Positions 18,499 to 28,535 of a stretch of 32,000 nucleotides of DNA are shown here, in pieces (positions within the stretch are counted from its first letter, which is position 1; each line of letters opens with the position of its first letter). The notes under the pieces are model-generated. The model saw only the letters and a list, made by a program, of their open reading frames with translations. It made no database searches and was not told the DNA's origin. Source of the stretch: Erysipelotrichaceae bacterium OH741_COT-311 (lineage in GTDB: Bacteria; Bacillota_I; Bacilli_A; Erysipelotrichales; Erysipelotrichaceae). The position numbers were made by a program, and so were the translations under genes. The stretch lies in contig RQZE01000011.1 of the NCBI GenBank assembly GCA_003858585.1, forward strand, positions 30,001 through 62,000, written 5' to 3'.

Positions 18499-18939
18499 TT
18501 ATTTACCACAATTGTAACCATTCGCCTCTAATTCTTTAATCGATTCTTTAAGGCTGATATGTGATATATTGCCCGCTGTTACCACACCACTTTCTTGTAG
18601 TTTCTTAATTGTTTCTTTATCGTAGACAATCGAAACGATAACAGTAAGTGTATCCTTTTCATCCTGATATGTTACATTTGTTTCTCCATAAAGTGGATTA
18701 AACGTTTCCTTAATTTGTTGTTGAAATGCTTCTTTATGTTCTTCTGAAATGCCATATTGCTCATAAGAAAACACAATTGTTTCTTTAAAACCTTTTACAA
18801 CATCTCCTGAATGGGTATGTACTAATTTTGATTTAAGACCTCTACTTTGATCTTCAAACGTACATACATGTTCTTTGCTACCAGCATTACAAGCACTTAA
18901 ACTTAACGCTAATACTACAATCGCAACAAGTTTCTTCAT
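18499..18939 (-). CDS. lipoprotein, DUF1307/YehR-like, paralog 3 of 4
   Basis: 146 aa with lipobox SLSAC, HVCTFE and C-terminal NGYNCGK. By eye, more than half of its positions are identical to paralog 2. Confidence 0.7.
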   Translation of the reverse strand: MKKLVAIVVLALSLSACNAGSKEHVCTFEDQSRGLKSKLVHTHSGDVVKGFKETIVFSYEQYGISEEHKEAFQQQIKETFNPLYGETNVTYQDEKDTLTVIVSIVYDKETIKKLQESGVVTAGNISHISLKESIKELEANGYNCGK

Positions 18940-18953
18940 GTTTTCACCAAAAA

Positions 18954-19385
18954 CTACTTACAAGTAAAGCCTGATGATTCCAATTCATTTTTAATTGTAT
19001 CGATATCTAATTGTTCATCAGTAAGACTAAGACCTGTAAAGCCCCCTAAGCTACTTAATTGTTCTATTTGTTTTTGATCCTTTAAATCGATTGAAAATTC
19101 AATCACAATCTTATTTCCTTGTTGTTCTACTTTAGAACCTTTAATACCTTCAAAATAACCCTTTAACATACCTACTGCAAAAGCAATACTTTCTTTTTCT
19201 TCCTCAGGAATGTCGATAGAACCTTTAAAGCTAATCTTTGTAGCCTTGTTATCTTTGTGATTAACAATAACATTAGCCGTTGACCCTTCTTCCTTCAATG
19301 TACAAGCTAGTTTTTGTCCAGAACCACCAGCACATCCTGCTAGCATTGTAAGAGATAAAACTAAAATGATAAGTAATTTTTTCAT
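18954..19385 (-). CDS. lipoprotein, DUF1307/YehR-like, paralog 4 of 4 (most divergent)
   Basis: Start trimmed to MKKLLIILVLSLTMLAGC (ATG 19385, RBS GGAAAGGAAA). It has LACTLKE and C-terminal SGFTCK, the same size and the same Cys spacing as the others. Confidence 0.65.
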   Translation of the reverse strand: MKKLLIILVLSLTMLAGCAGGSGQKLACTLKEEGSTANVIVNHKDNKATKISFKGSIDIPEEEKESIAFAVGMLKGYFEGIKGSKVEQQGNKIVIEFSIDLKDQKQIEQLSSLGGFTGLSLTDEQLDIDTIKNELESSGFTCK

Positions 19386-19471
19386 ATTGGTTTCCTTTCC
19401 TAAATTACTGTAAGTGAATACTTTCAACTTATTATACATTTATTGTAACAAATATTTATAATTTTACTATC

Positions 19472-20464
19472 TTATTTGTTATATTTTTCATATTTTTCAT
19501 TTAAAAATAATTCATATTCATCCAATATCAATTTTAAGTCATCCAAAGAATTGATTTTAGTTAATAAATTTTTTACTTTTGTACTATAAGGTAATCCTTG
19601 AATATACCAAGGCGCTAATCCACGCATTTGTTTCATTGCGATACGTTCTCCCTTTAACGTTGTTAAACGCTTCGCATGATCCATACACATTGCAAGGCGT
19701 TCTTTATCTCTAGGCATTTCTACACTATCTTTTTCAAAGATACTGCTTAACTCTTTGATCAAAAAGGGATTACCAATAGCGCCACGTCCAATCATAATAC
19801 CATCGCACCCTGTTTCTTTTAAACGCATGATGGCTTCCTGAGCACTTTTTACATCACCATTACCAATGACCGGAATAGATACATTTTCTTTTAGCTTCTT
19901 AACCATATCCCAGTTGGCTTTGCCTTGGTATAACTGACTACGAGTACGCCCATGTAACGCAATGGCTTTTACTCCTACCGCTTCTAAACGTTTACCAAGT
20001 TCAATACAGTTGATAGAATCTTCACTCCACCCTAAACGCATCTTAACCGTTACGGGCTTTTTTACACTATCTACAACTGCCTTAACTAAGTTTACGGTAG
20101 AATCCATATCTTTTAATAAATAACTACCCGCTTTTCCTTTTACAATCTTAGTTACCGGACAGCCTAAGTTAATATCAATAATATCGCAATCACTATGGGT
20201 ATCCAAATACTTGGCAGCTTGAACCATCGTATCTACATCACCACCAAACAACTGCATGGCAATGGGATGTTCTACCTGAGAAGTGTAAGTCATTTCCAAA
20301 GACTTTTCATTTTCATACACAATTGCCTTATCACTTACCATTTCTGCATAGACAAGCCCTGCTCCAAACTTATAACAAATTTCGCGAAAGGCATTGTTAC
20401 TAATACCTGCCATAGGTGCAATAACAATGGGATTTTTAATCTCAATATCACCTATTTTAAACAT
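19472..20464 (-). CDS. dusB: tRNA-dihydrouridine synthase B
   Basis: 330 aa with PMAGISNNAFR, IDINLGCPVTKIVKGKAGSYLL, HGRTR and MIGRGAIGNP motifs. Confidence 0.92.
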   Translation of the reverse strand: MFKIGDIEIKNPIVIAPMAGISNNAFREICYKFGAGLVYAEMVSDKAIVYENEKSLEMTYTSQVEHPIAMQLFGGDVDTMVQAAKYLDTHSDCDIIDINLGCPVTKIVKGKAGSYLLKDMDSTVNLVKAVVDSVKKPVTVKMRLGWSEDSINCIELGKRLEAVGVKAIALHGRTRSQLYQGKANWDMVKKLKENVSIPVIGNGDVKSAQEAIMRLKETGCDGIMIGRGAIGNPFLIKELSSIFEKDSVEMPRDKERLAMCMDHAKRLTTLKGERIAMKQMRGLAPWYIQGLPYSTKVKNLLTKINSLDDLKLILDEYELFLNEKYEKYNK

Positions 20465-21339
20465 GAACGCTTAAATCCTAAAATAAATTTTAATTCTTCT
20501 TCACTGATGATATATTTGGTATTGCAATATTCACATTTTACTTCCGCTTGATGATCTTCCTCAATCATTTGAATTAAATCTTCTTCTTTTAACGTAGATA
20601 AAGCCCCTTTGAAACGATCTTTACTACAATCACAATGCCATCCCACTTGTTTGCTTTCTAATATTTCCGCATCGTTAAACAATGAAGTAACAATATCTTC
20701 TAACGACTTTCCTTCTTCAATTAAACTACTAATGGGCTGTAAATGTTTTACAACTTCTTCCACCGCCACTATATCTTCCTCTAATGCATTTGGCATTAAT
20801 TGAATCAATAAACCGCCACTTGCTTTACAAGAATAATCCGTATCCACTAAGACACCTAAAGATACTACCGAAGGCGTTTGTTCACTTACCGCAAAGTAAT
20901 AAGCAAAATCATCTCCGATTTCACCGGTCTGTAAAGCGACCTGTCCGGTAAACTTATCTTTCATCTTCATATCTTTGGTAACTTGAAGATAACCTTGATT
21001 CCCAACCGCTAAACCAACAGCCAGTTTATTCGATTCATTGTACTTTAAATAAATTTCATTATCTCCAACAAATCCCTTTACTTGTCCATTTCCATACGCT
21101 TGTACCATACAAGTACCAATAGGACCACCACCATTGAGTTGTACAATAATACTGTGATCTTCTTCCTTAAGCATTGATGCCATCATAACCGTAACACTTA
21201 ATAAGCGCCCCATAGCCGCCAGTGAGGTTGGCCATAAATCATGCTGTAAACGAGCTTTCTCTACTAAATTTGTACTTCTTAAAGCATAAATACGCACATT
21301 TCCATTACGTGCAACCGCCTTGATTAATTTATCTTGCAT
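20452..21339 (-). CDS. hslO: Hsp33 family redox-regulated chaperone
   Basis: 295 aa. The N-terminus is DKLIKAVARNGNVRIYAL... The C-terminal zinc/redox switch is CDCSKDRF...CEYCNTKY. 13-nt overlap with the dusB start. Confidence 0.92.
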   Translation of the reverse strand: MQDKLIKAVARNGNVRIYALRSTNLVEKARLQHDLWPTSLAAMGRLLSVTVMMASMLKEEDHSIIVQLNGGGPIGTCMVQAYGNGQVKGFVGDNEIYLKYNESNKLAVGLAVGNQGYLQVTKDMKMKDKFTGQVALQTGEIGDDFAYYFAVSEQTPSVVSLGVLVDTDYSCKASGGLLIQLMPNALEEDIVAVEEVVKHLQPISSLIEEGKSLEDIVTSLFNDAEILESKQVGWHCDCSKDRFKGALSTLKEEDLIQMIEEDHQAEVKCEYCNTKYIISEEELKFILGFKRSCLK

Positions 21340-21365
21340 ACTTCACCTTTATAAAACACTAGACC

Positions 21366-23231
21366 TTAGCCTAGTGTTTCATCCTTTTCCTTTACTTCTA
21401 CATCAATTACATCCCCATCCACTGTTTTACCAGCCAATAGGTTTTCAATTTGTTCCGATGTAATTGTTTCATTTTCAATTAACGCATTAGCAATCAATTC
21501 TATCTCTTTACTATGACTTAAAATTAACTCTTTTGCTTTATTGTAACACTCATCAATAATCTTACGAACTTCTTTATCAATTTCATAGGCAACATTACCA
21601 GATACATTACTTGGACTATTATAATCACGACCTAAGAATACCGAATGATTCGCCTGATCATATTGAATAGGACCTAAATCACTCATCCCATAGATGGTAA
21701 CCATATCACGTGCAATCTTTGTCGCGCTTTCGATATCACCATAAGCACCTGTTGTAATATCATCAAAATAGATTTCTTCAGCTACACGACCACCCATATA
21801 CGAAGTAATCGAAGCCATTAAGTCTTTGCGCGTACGCATAAATTTCTCTTCTTTTGGTGTCATTAAGTTATACCCACCTGCACTACCACGTGGAATAATG
21901 GTAACTTTTTGCACCATAATCGCATTGTCTAAAAACAAACCAATAATCGCATGTCCCGCTTCATGATAAGCAACCATCTTCTTACTTGCTTCATCATGTG
22001 TACGACTCTTTTTCGCAGGACCCATCATTGTACGGTCAATCGCTTCATCCAAGTGAGGCATTTTAATCACTTCACTATGTTCACGAACCGCCAAAATGGC
22101 AGCTTCATTCAAGACATTTTCTAAATCAGCACCAGAAAACCCCGGTGTACGTTTTGCTAAAGCTCCTAAATCAATTTCATCTGCCAACTTCTTATTACGT
22201 GCATGAACCTTTAAGATAGCTTCACGTCCTTTACGATCCGGTAAAGACACCGTAATTTGACGATCAAATCTTCCAGGACGAAGAAGTGCAGGATCTAAGA
22301 CATCCGGACGGTTAGTACAAGCGATAATGACAACCCCGCTATTATCATTAATACCATCCATTTCAACTAGGATTTGATTTAATGTTTGCTCACGCTCATC
22401 GTGACCGCCACCCATACCGGCACCACGTTGACGCCCTACCGCATCAATTTCATCGATAAAAATAATACAAGGCATCGTTTGTTTAGCACGTTTGAACATA
22501 TCACGAACACGACTTGCCCCAACTCCGACAAACATTTCTACAAAGTCCGAACCGGAAATGGAATAAAACGGCGCATTGGCTTCTCCGGCTACCGCTTTTG
22601 CCAATAATGTTTTCCCCGTTCCCGGAGGACCAACTAATAAAATCCCTTTTGGAATACGAGCCCCCATTTTCGCAAACTTACGTGGCGAACGTAAATACTC
22701 AATAATTTCCGCCATCTCTTCTTTTTCTTCTTCACAACCCGCTACATCATTAAAACGAATCTTAATATCCGACTCTAAACGAGCACGTGATTTTGAAAAC
22801 TCAAAAGCTTTATTTTGTCCACCGCTATTCAAACGTGTCAAAATAAACACTGCAAATGCCCCAAAGATAATAAATGGAACAATGTTACCAATCATCTCCA
22901 TCCAAATATTACGAGCCTGTGCATCCACAATCGACACTTTGCTTTTTTCAAGCATCGAAATTAACGCATCACTTTGTCCTTCTGTATTTGGAATTGTGGA
23001 TTTAAAATAAACATTACGATTATTATCCTTATAGCTTCCCTTTACATCAATAACGTTACTACCAACAGTAACCGTTACTTCTTCTACCTCAACCGTCTTT
23101 AATAAACTTCTTAATTCATTATAATTTAATACTTTACTTGTCCCATTTGGATTCAATAAAAATAATGCCATTAAAGAAGATAGAACGATTAAAAAAGGTA
23201 AATAATTAAAAATTTTGTTACGATTATTCAT
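21366..23231 (-). CDS. ftsH: ATP-dependent zinc metalloprotease FtsH
   Basis: 621 aa with two N-terminal TM helices, Walker [19 protein letters not shown], Walker [10 protein letters not shown], the SRH region and the HEAGH zinc site. Confidence 0.97.
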   Translation of the reverse strand: MNNRNKIFNYLPFLIVLSSLMALFLLNPNGTSKVLNYNELRSLLKTVEVEEVTVTVGSNVIDVKGSYKDNNRNVYFKSTIPNTEGQSDALISMLEKSKVSIVDAQARNIWMEMIGNIVPFIIFGAFAVFILTRLNSGGQNKAFEFSKSRARLESDIKIRFNDVAGCEEEKEEMAEIIEYLRSPRKFAKMGARIPKGILLVGPPGTGKTLLAKAVAGEANAPFYSISGSDFVEMFVGVGASRVRDMFKRAKQTMPCIIFIDEIDAVGRQRGAGMGGGHDEREQTLNQILVEMDGINDNSGVVIIACTNRPDVLDPALLRPGRFDRQITVSLPDRKGREAILKVHARNKKLADEIDLGALAKRTPGFSGADLENVLNEAAILAVREHSEVIKMPHLDEAIDRTMMGPAKKSRTHDEASKKMVAYHEAGHAIIGLFLDNAIMVQKVTIIPRGSAGGYNLMTPKEEKFMRTRKDLMASITSYMGGRVAEEIYFDDITTGAYGDIESATKIARDMVTIYGMSDLGPIQYDQANHSVFLGRDYNSPSNVSGNVAYEIDKEVRKIIDECYNKAKELILSHSKEIELIANALIENETITSEQIENLLAGKTVDGDVIDVEVKEKDETLG

Positions 23232-23242
23232 TCATGAACTCC

Positions 23243-23782
23243 TTATTTATAACACTCATCTTTTAAAACGCCAATATAAGGTAAATTACGATATTTTTGA
23301 TTGTAGTCTAACCCAAAACCTACAACAAAGGCATCCGGTATTTCAAAGCCGATATACTCCGCATGAATATCTTCTACCACACGTCTTGACGGCTTATCCA
23401 ATAATGCTACCACCTTAACACTCGCTGCTCCCTTATTAAAAAGCATTTCTTTTACATTTTTTAACGTACGACCGGTATCAACGATATCTTCTACCAACAA
23501 AATATCAACACCTTTAATCGAACGATCTAAATCTTTATTAATACGAATATCACCAATCGATTCTGTTCCCTCATAGCTTGAAACATCCATAAAGTCAAAC
23601 TCCACATCCATCTTGATATGTTTAATCAACTCAGATAAAAATGGAACCGATCCTTTTAATAATGCCACAAGTAATGGCGGTTGGCTACTTTGATACTCTT
23701 GATCAATTTTTTGCCCTAATTCCTTGCATTTCTCTACAATTTCATTTTCTGATATTAAAATTTCTTTAATCATTGGATGCAT
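23243..23782 (-). CDS. hpt: hypoxanthine phosphoribosyltransferase
   Basis: PRPP-binding motif ILLVEDIVDTGRTL, and C-terminal GFGLDYNQKYRNLPYIGVL. I chose the start at ATG 23782 (GGAGG 8 nt upstream) rather than the ORF-track start at 23797, which overlaps the RBS. Confidence 0.93.
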   Translation of the reverse strand: MHPMIKEILISENEIVEKCKELGQKIDQEYQSSQPPLLVALLKGSVPFLSELIKHIKMDVEFDFMDVSSYEGTESIGDIRINKDLDRSIKGVDILLVEDIVDTGRTLKNVKEMLFNKGAASVKVVALLDKPSRRVVEDIHAEYIGFEIPDAFVVGFGLDYNQKYRNLPYIGVLKDECYK

Positions 23783-23802
23783 ACACAAAACCTCCATAAT
23801 AT

Positions 23803-24990
23803 CTACAATTCTAACACAAATAAATTCATATTGTTAGAACTATGCGTTTTTTTACAGGCAATTTTAGGCACTAATAGAATTTCATTCTTACAATTTAAAA
23901 CAATTGGCCACTTTTTACGCTTATCCATCGGAATTTTTGCATCAATAAACAAACGAGATACCTTTTTATGACCAAAAGATAATTCAATCTTATCACTTGG
24001 TAAAGGAGTACGAATCGTTAATGGAAAATCCTCTTTCACTACCATGACCCCACACTTTTTTGGTCCTGTTAAACTAAGCTTAAACTGTGGAAAGCTCATT
24101 TCTTTTAATTCTAAAATCTGATAAGAAAACTCTTCTTTATTACTTATATAAAAACTCCCTTGATGTACCACCAGATAAAAGTCATCAAACTCTAAACATA
24201 AGCGTGGACACTGTAAGATTTGTTTGATTAACTCTTGATAATATGCACTGCTCTTAGTAACCTTCAACAAAGAACGTAAACATAATTCTTGATAAGGAAA
24301 CTCCTTAAACTCATGAATCGCATACTTATCCCCTTGTGATAAAAAACAATGAACTTCCTTATGCATAGCCTCAAGATCAACATTCGCCTGTTGTATCTCC
24401 TTTAAAAGATGCATCTTCCCTTCATAAGACATGCGCTTAAGAATTTGATTGCGAATTTTATTACGCAAATACGTATCACTTTGATTAGAAACATCTAAAC
24501 TATAAGGAATTTCATTTTTTATTACAAAATCCAATAACTCTTGTTTTGTATACGACAACAAAGGACGAATCACTTTATAACGTCCGTGATATACACATTC
24601 TTTTAGTCCATAGACCGATGGTATAATCTTACGCTTACGTTGTAATAAATACGTTTCCAATAAATCATCTAAATGATGCCCCACCAAGATCCCATCACAT
24701 TGATATTGATCACATAACCTTTTAAAAAACGTATAACGGACATCACGCGCCCACTGTTCAAAATTACCTTGTTGATTATAGTAAGCATGATGCACATCAT
24801 AAGGAATATGGTACTTTTTACAAAATTCGATGACTATCTGCATTTCTGCATCACTTTCTTTGCGAGTATGATAATTCACCATCGCAACAATAATATTCAT
24901 TTTTAGATAGGCACTCATTGCCAAAAGAGCCATAGAATCCGGTCCGGCAGAACATGCTAAAACATAATTACCTTTATATTTTTTCATCAT
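23803..24990 (-). CDS. tilS: tRNA(Ile)-lysidine synthase
   Basis: 395 aa with the PP-loop LACSAGPDSMAL (an SGGxDS variant) and HHLDDLLET. Lies in the conserved tilS-hpt-ftsH arrangement. Confidence 0.9.
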   Translation of the reverse strand: MMKKYKGNYVLACSAGPDSMALLAMSAYLKMNIIVAMVNYHTRKESDAEMQIVIEFCKKYHIPYDVHHAYYNQQGNFEQWARDVRYTFFKRLCDQYQCDGILVGHHLDDLLETYLLQRKRKIIPSVYGLKECVYHGRYKVIRPLLSYTKQELLDFVIKNEIPYSLDVSNQSDTYLRNKIRNQILKRMSYEGKMHLLKEIQQANVDLEAMHKEVHCFLSQGDKYAIHEFKEFPYQELCLRSLLKVTKSSAYYQELIKQILQCPRLCLEFDDFYLVVHQGSFYISNKEEFSYQILELKEMSFPQFKLSLTGPKKCGVMVVKEDFPLTIRTPLPSDKIELSFGHKKVSRLFIDAKIPMDKRKKWPIVLNCKNEILLVPKIACKKTHSSNNMNLFVLEL

Positions 24991-25011
24991 ACGAAAAATT
25001 CCTAATGATTT

Positions 25012-26112
25012 CTAAACATTAAAACGAAACTCTATGACATCGCCATCTTTTACAATATACTCTTTTCCTTCACTGCGTAATTTACCCGCTTCTTTTAAAG
25101 CCGCTACGGATTTATACGTCATTAAATCTTCATAACTATACGTTTCCGCACGAATAAAACCACGTTGGAAATCACTGTGAATAATCCCTGCACACTCCGG
25201 AGCTTTCATTCCTTTACGAAATGTCCAAGCACGAACTTCACTTACACCGGCAGTAAAATAGGTTTGTAAATCTAACATATGATAGGCAGCCTTAATCACT
25301 TGATCTAACCCGGATTCCTTCATACCTAACTCTTCTAAAAACAACGCTTTTTCTTCATCCTCTAACATCGATAATTCTTCTTCAATCTTAGCGGAAATCG
25401 CAACTACATCATTTTGTTGTTGTGCAGCATATTCTTTTAAGGCAACATAATGAGAGTTACTTTCCGGATGACTAATTTCTTCCTCTGCGATATTGGCAAT
25501 ATAAATCATCGGCTTACTTGTAAGTAATTGATACCCTTTTACAATAACCTCTTCTTCCTTACTAAGCGAAACACTACGAGCCGGTTGTCCTTGCTTTAAT
25601 ACTTCATGTAATTTATTCAGCACTTCCACTTCCACCATCGCATCGGCATCCTTTGCTTGTGCCTTACGAGCTACTTTACTTAAACGATTTTCAATCGTAT
25701 TATAATCTGCAATCGCTAATTCCAAGTTAATGATTTCTGCATCACGAATGGGATCTACACTCCCTTCCACATGCGTAATATCACCATCTTCAAAACAACG
25801 CACCACATGACAAATCGCATCTGTTTGTCGAATATGACTTAAAAATTGGTTTCCTAATCCTTCTCCTTTACTTGCTCCTTTTACAAGACCTGCAATATCC
25901 GTAAATTCAAACGTAGTATATACCACCTTCTTTGGAACAATGTATTGACATATATGTTTGATTCGTTCATCCGGCACTTCCACTACCCCTACGTTTGGAT
26001 TGATTGTCGCAAATGGATAGTTTGCAGCTTCTACATTTGATTTTGTAATCGCATTAAATAACGTTGACTTTCCAACATTTGGTAAACCAACAATTCCAGC
26101 AGTTAATGACAT
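25012..26112 (-). CDS. ychF: redox-regulated ATPase YchF (Obg-like GTPase family)
   Basis: 366 aa with GIVGLPNVGKSTLFNA, DIAGLVKGAS, and the C-terminal TGS-like domain ending VKDGDVIEFRFNV. Confidence 0.96.
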   Translation of the reverse strand: MSLTAGIVGLPNVGKSTLFNAITKSNVEAANYPFATINPNVGVVEVPDERIKHICQYIVPKKVVYTTFEFTDIAGLVKGASKGEGLGNQFLSHIRQTDAICHVVRCFEDGDITHVEGSVDPIRDAEIINLELAIADYNTIENRLSKVARKAQAKDADAMVEVEVLNKLHEVLKQGQPARSVSLSKEEEVIVKGYQLLTSKPMIYIANIAEEEISHPESNSHYVALKEYAAQQQNDVVAISAKIEEELSMLEDEEKALFLEELGMKESGLDQVIKAAYHMLDLQTYFTAGVSEVRAWTFRKGMKAPECAGIIHSDFQRGFIRAETYSYEDLMTYKSVAALKEAGKLRSEGKEYIVKDGDVIEFRFNV

Positions 26113-26230
26113 AACCTTCTCCTTTGATTCCTTTTTGCAAATAACAATAGTATACCATTAATTATTATAATACGTAAGTAATACAAGTAAAAGCGTGAAT
26201 TATGTTAAAATAAACGAAAAGGAAGAAAGT

Positions 26231-28522
26231 ATGAAAAACTATACCGGATTAAATAATCAAGAAGTAAAACAACGCATCGACAAACAACAAACCAATCACT
26301 TTTATGATCAAACACATACTACTAACAAAGACATCATTCTACGTCATGTGTTTACATTGTTTAACTTTTTAAATGTCGTTCTAGCTTTGTTTGTCTTATT
26401 TACTAAAAAATATCAAAATATGTTGTTTATGCAAGTAGTCATCATTAATACTGTGATTGTAATTGTGCAAGAACTACGCAGCAAACATAAACTTGATAAA
26501 CTAAAAGTCCTACACCAAAGTAAATCACACGTACTACGCCGAGGACAAGAAGTAACCATACAAAAAGAAGATATTGTCTTAGATGATATTCTTCTATTAA
26601 AACTTGGTGATGAAGTCGTTGCGGATTGTAAGATACTAGAAGGTCATCTTGAAGTCAATGAATCCATGCTTACCGGAGAATCCAATTCCATCTCTAAAAC
26701 CGTAGAGGAAGAAGTCTTATCCGGAAGTAGTATTTTAAGCGGCAACGCTTACTGCAAAGTCATTCGTGTAGGAAAAGACACCTATATCAACGGTGTATTA
26801 TCTCACTTAAAACAAAGCAAAAAGCAAAAAGCCATTTTAAAAGATACCATTTCCAATATCATTAAAATCATTACCTACATCATAGTACCTTTATCTTTAT
26901 TCTTATTCTTAAAACAATTCTACCTAACACGACTATCTTTGAATGAAAGCATCTTAAAAACGGTAGCCTCTAGTGTAGGCATGATTCCGGAAGGACTTAT
27001 TCTGTTGATTTCTATTTCTTTAGCCATAGGATCTATCTATCTCGCTAATCACGATACCCTAATTCAAGAAATCCATGCGATTGATACCCTAGCACGCATC
27101 GATGATTTATGTGTTGATAAAACCGGAACCTTAACAACAGGAAATATGGAAGTAAAAGAAATCATTTCAATAGACCCTTCTTTTGATGCCAGTAACATTC
27201 TTGCAAATCTAACGAATTATTTAAAAGATCAAAACCCAACCACTGATGCCATCAGTAAATACTGTTTGATCAGCCAAGTTCTTCCTATTATCAATGGAAT
27301 TCACTTTAACTCTACCAACAAATATTCCTTAATCTCAACCCAAAGAGATACCTATACACTAGGTGCCTATAACTTTATACAGGCAAGGATAGAAAAATCC
27401 CTAGAAAAAACAATCACAAATTATACAAGTCAAGGACATCGTATATTAGCCTTGGCACATGCTTCAAACCAACAAGAAGGCTTGCCAAATGAAAATACCA
27501 TCATTGCCCTTATCGTATTAACAGATGAATTGAAACAAGAAGCCAAAGGTGTTTTACAACACTTTAAAGAACAAGAAGTAACTGTACGTATTTTAAGTGG
27601 TGATGATTACCATACCGTAAAAGCCATTTCCAAGGCATTAGACTTGGATCTTTCAATTATGGATTGTAGCAATGTTTTAGATGAAGAACTCATACAGACT
27701 TGTAACGATTATCAAATCTTTACCCGTGTCAAACCGCTTCAAAAGAAACTCATTTTACATACTTTAAAACAACAAGGTCGTATTACCGCCATGGTAGGAG
27801 ATGGCATTAACGATGCCTTTGCCTTAAAAGAAGCAGACATCAGTATCGCTATGGCAAATGGCTACGATGCAATTAAAAGTATCAGTCACATCATCCTTTT
27901 AGATAATAACTTTAATCACTTAGTAGAAATCCTAAATCAAGGTCGTCGAGTTATAAACAACATCACATTATCATCCACACTCTTTTTAACCAAAACAACC
28001 TTTTCTATCCTATTAACCTTGTTTACTATTCTCTTTCTTCCAGCCTATCCATTTATTCCTATCCAATTAACACTACTATCTTCTTTATTCATTGGTATTC
28101 CATCTTTTATCTTAACCATGGAATCCAACTTCAACCCCATCCCTAAACAATTCATGAAACTTATTTTATCAAAGGCAATTCCTTGTGGAATTAGTGTTGT
28201 TTTCGCAGTCATACTGCTATATGGTATACATCACTTCTATCCCATTCCAGATAGCCTAACAACCATGATTTTTTACGTAACCGCAGCAATTATGTACTAC
28301 ATCTTAGTATACACAAGTTATCCATTTACACCTATGCGCAAGTATTTACTCATTGGAATTTTCTTTACTTTTTTGATATGTGTTTCTTTCTTCCATCATT
28401 TTTTTGAAATTACTTATTTAACTCTTACTCAATGGTTCATTGTAGCCATAGCAACTATCTTATCCATCTTACTTTTAAACTTTATTCGTAACATCTTCTT
28501 TAAACAAACAAAAACACTGTAA
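26231..28522 (+). CDS. cation-translocating P-type ATPase (P2-like, HAD-IC superfamily; ion unknown)
   Basis: TGES, PEGL (MIPEGL), DKTGTLT and MVGDGINDAFALKEADISIAM motifs, with about 8-10 TM helices. I chose the start at ATG 26231 (RBS AAGGAAGAAAG); the ORF-track start at 26195 is GTG without an RBS. Confidence 0.88.
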   Translation: MKNYTGLNNQEVKQRIDKQQTNHFYDQTHTTNKDIILRHVFTLFNFLNVVLALFVLFTKKYQNMLFMQVVIINTVIVIVQELRSKHKLDKLKVLHQSKSHVLRRGQEVTIQKEDIVLDDILLLKLGDEVVADCKILEGHLEVNESMLTGESNSISKTVEEEVLSGSSILSGNAYCKVIRVGKDTYINGVLSHLKQSKKQKAILKDTISNIIKIITYIIVPLSLFLFLKQFYLTRLSLNESILKTVASSVGMIPEGLILLISISLAIGSIYLANHDTLIQEIHAIDTLARIDDLCVDKTGTLTTGNMEVKEIISIDPSFDASNILANLTNYLKDQNPTTDAISKYCLISQVLPIINGIHFNSTNKYSLISTQRDTYTLGAYNFIQARIEKSLEKTITNYTSQGHRILALAHASNQQEGLPNENTIIALIVLTDELKQEAKGVLQHFKEQEVTVRILSGDDYHTVKAISKALDLDLSIMDCSNVLDEELIQTCNDYQIFTRVKPLQKKLILHTLKQQGRITAMVGDGINDAFALKEADISIAMANGYDAIKSISHIILLDNNFNHLVEILNQGRRVINNITLSSTLFLTKTTFSILLTLFTILFLPAYPFIPIQLTLLSSLFIGIPSFILTMESNFNPIPKQFMKLILSKAIPCGISVVFAVILLYGIHHFYPIPDSLTTMIFYVTAAIMYYILVYTSYPFTPMRKYLLIGIFFTFLICVSFFHHFFEITYLTLTQWFIVAIATILSILLLNFIRNIFFKQTKTL

Positions 28523-28535
28523 CCAGTGTTTTTTA
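28509..28535. terminator. bidirectional intrinsic terminator between the convergent ATPase and HAD genes
   Basis: AAAAACACTG-taac-CAGTGTTTTT is a perfect 10-bp inverted repeat with A/T arms that give a U-tract on both strands. Overlaps both stop codons. Confidence 0.6.

Noticed and set aside
20195-20803. 118-aa and 64-aa plus-strand ORFs antisense to dusB and hslO
   Set aside because: These are shadow ORFs of confidently identified genes, with no start-site signals.
22576-23010. 144-aa plus-strand ORF (and neighbours 22386..22607, 22514..22705) antisense to ftsH
   Set aside because: It lies entirely within the highly conserved AAA+ core of ftsH on the opposite strand. Its composition is low-complexity and Ser/Pro/Ile-rich, as is typical of shadow ORFs. 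It has no RBS.
26113-26230. Possible riboswitch (for example an M-box or other metal sensor) in the divergent ychF / P-type ATPase intergenic region
   Set aside because: The region is only about 118 nt, very AT-rich, and contains no conserved riboswitch core that I recognise and no terminator or antiterminator hairpin. I also could not find a well-spaced -35/-10 pair (TTGCAA at 26135 and TATAAT at 26166 are 25 nt apart).
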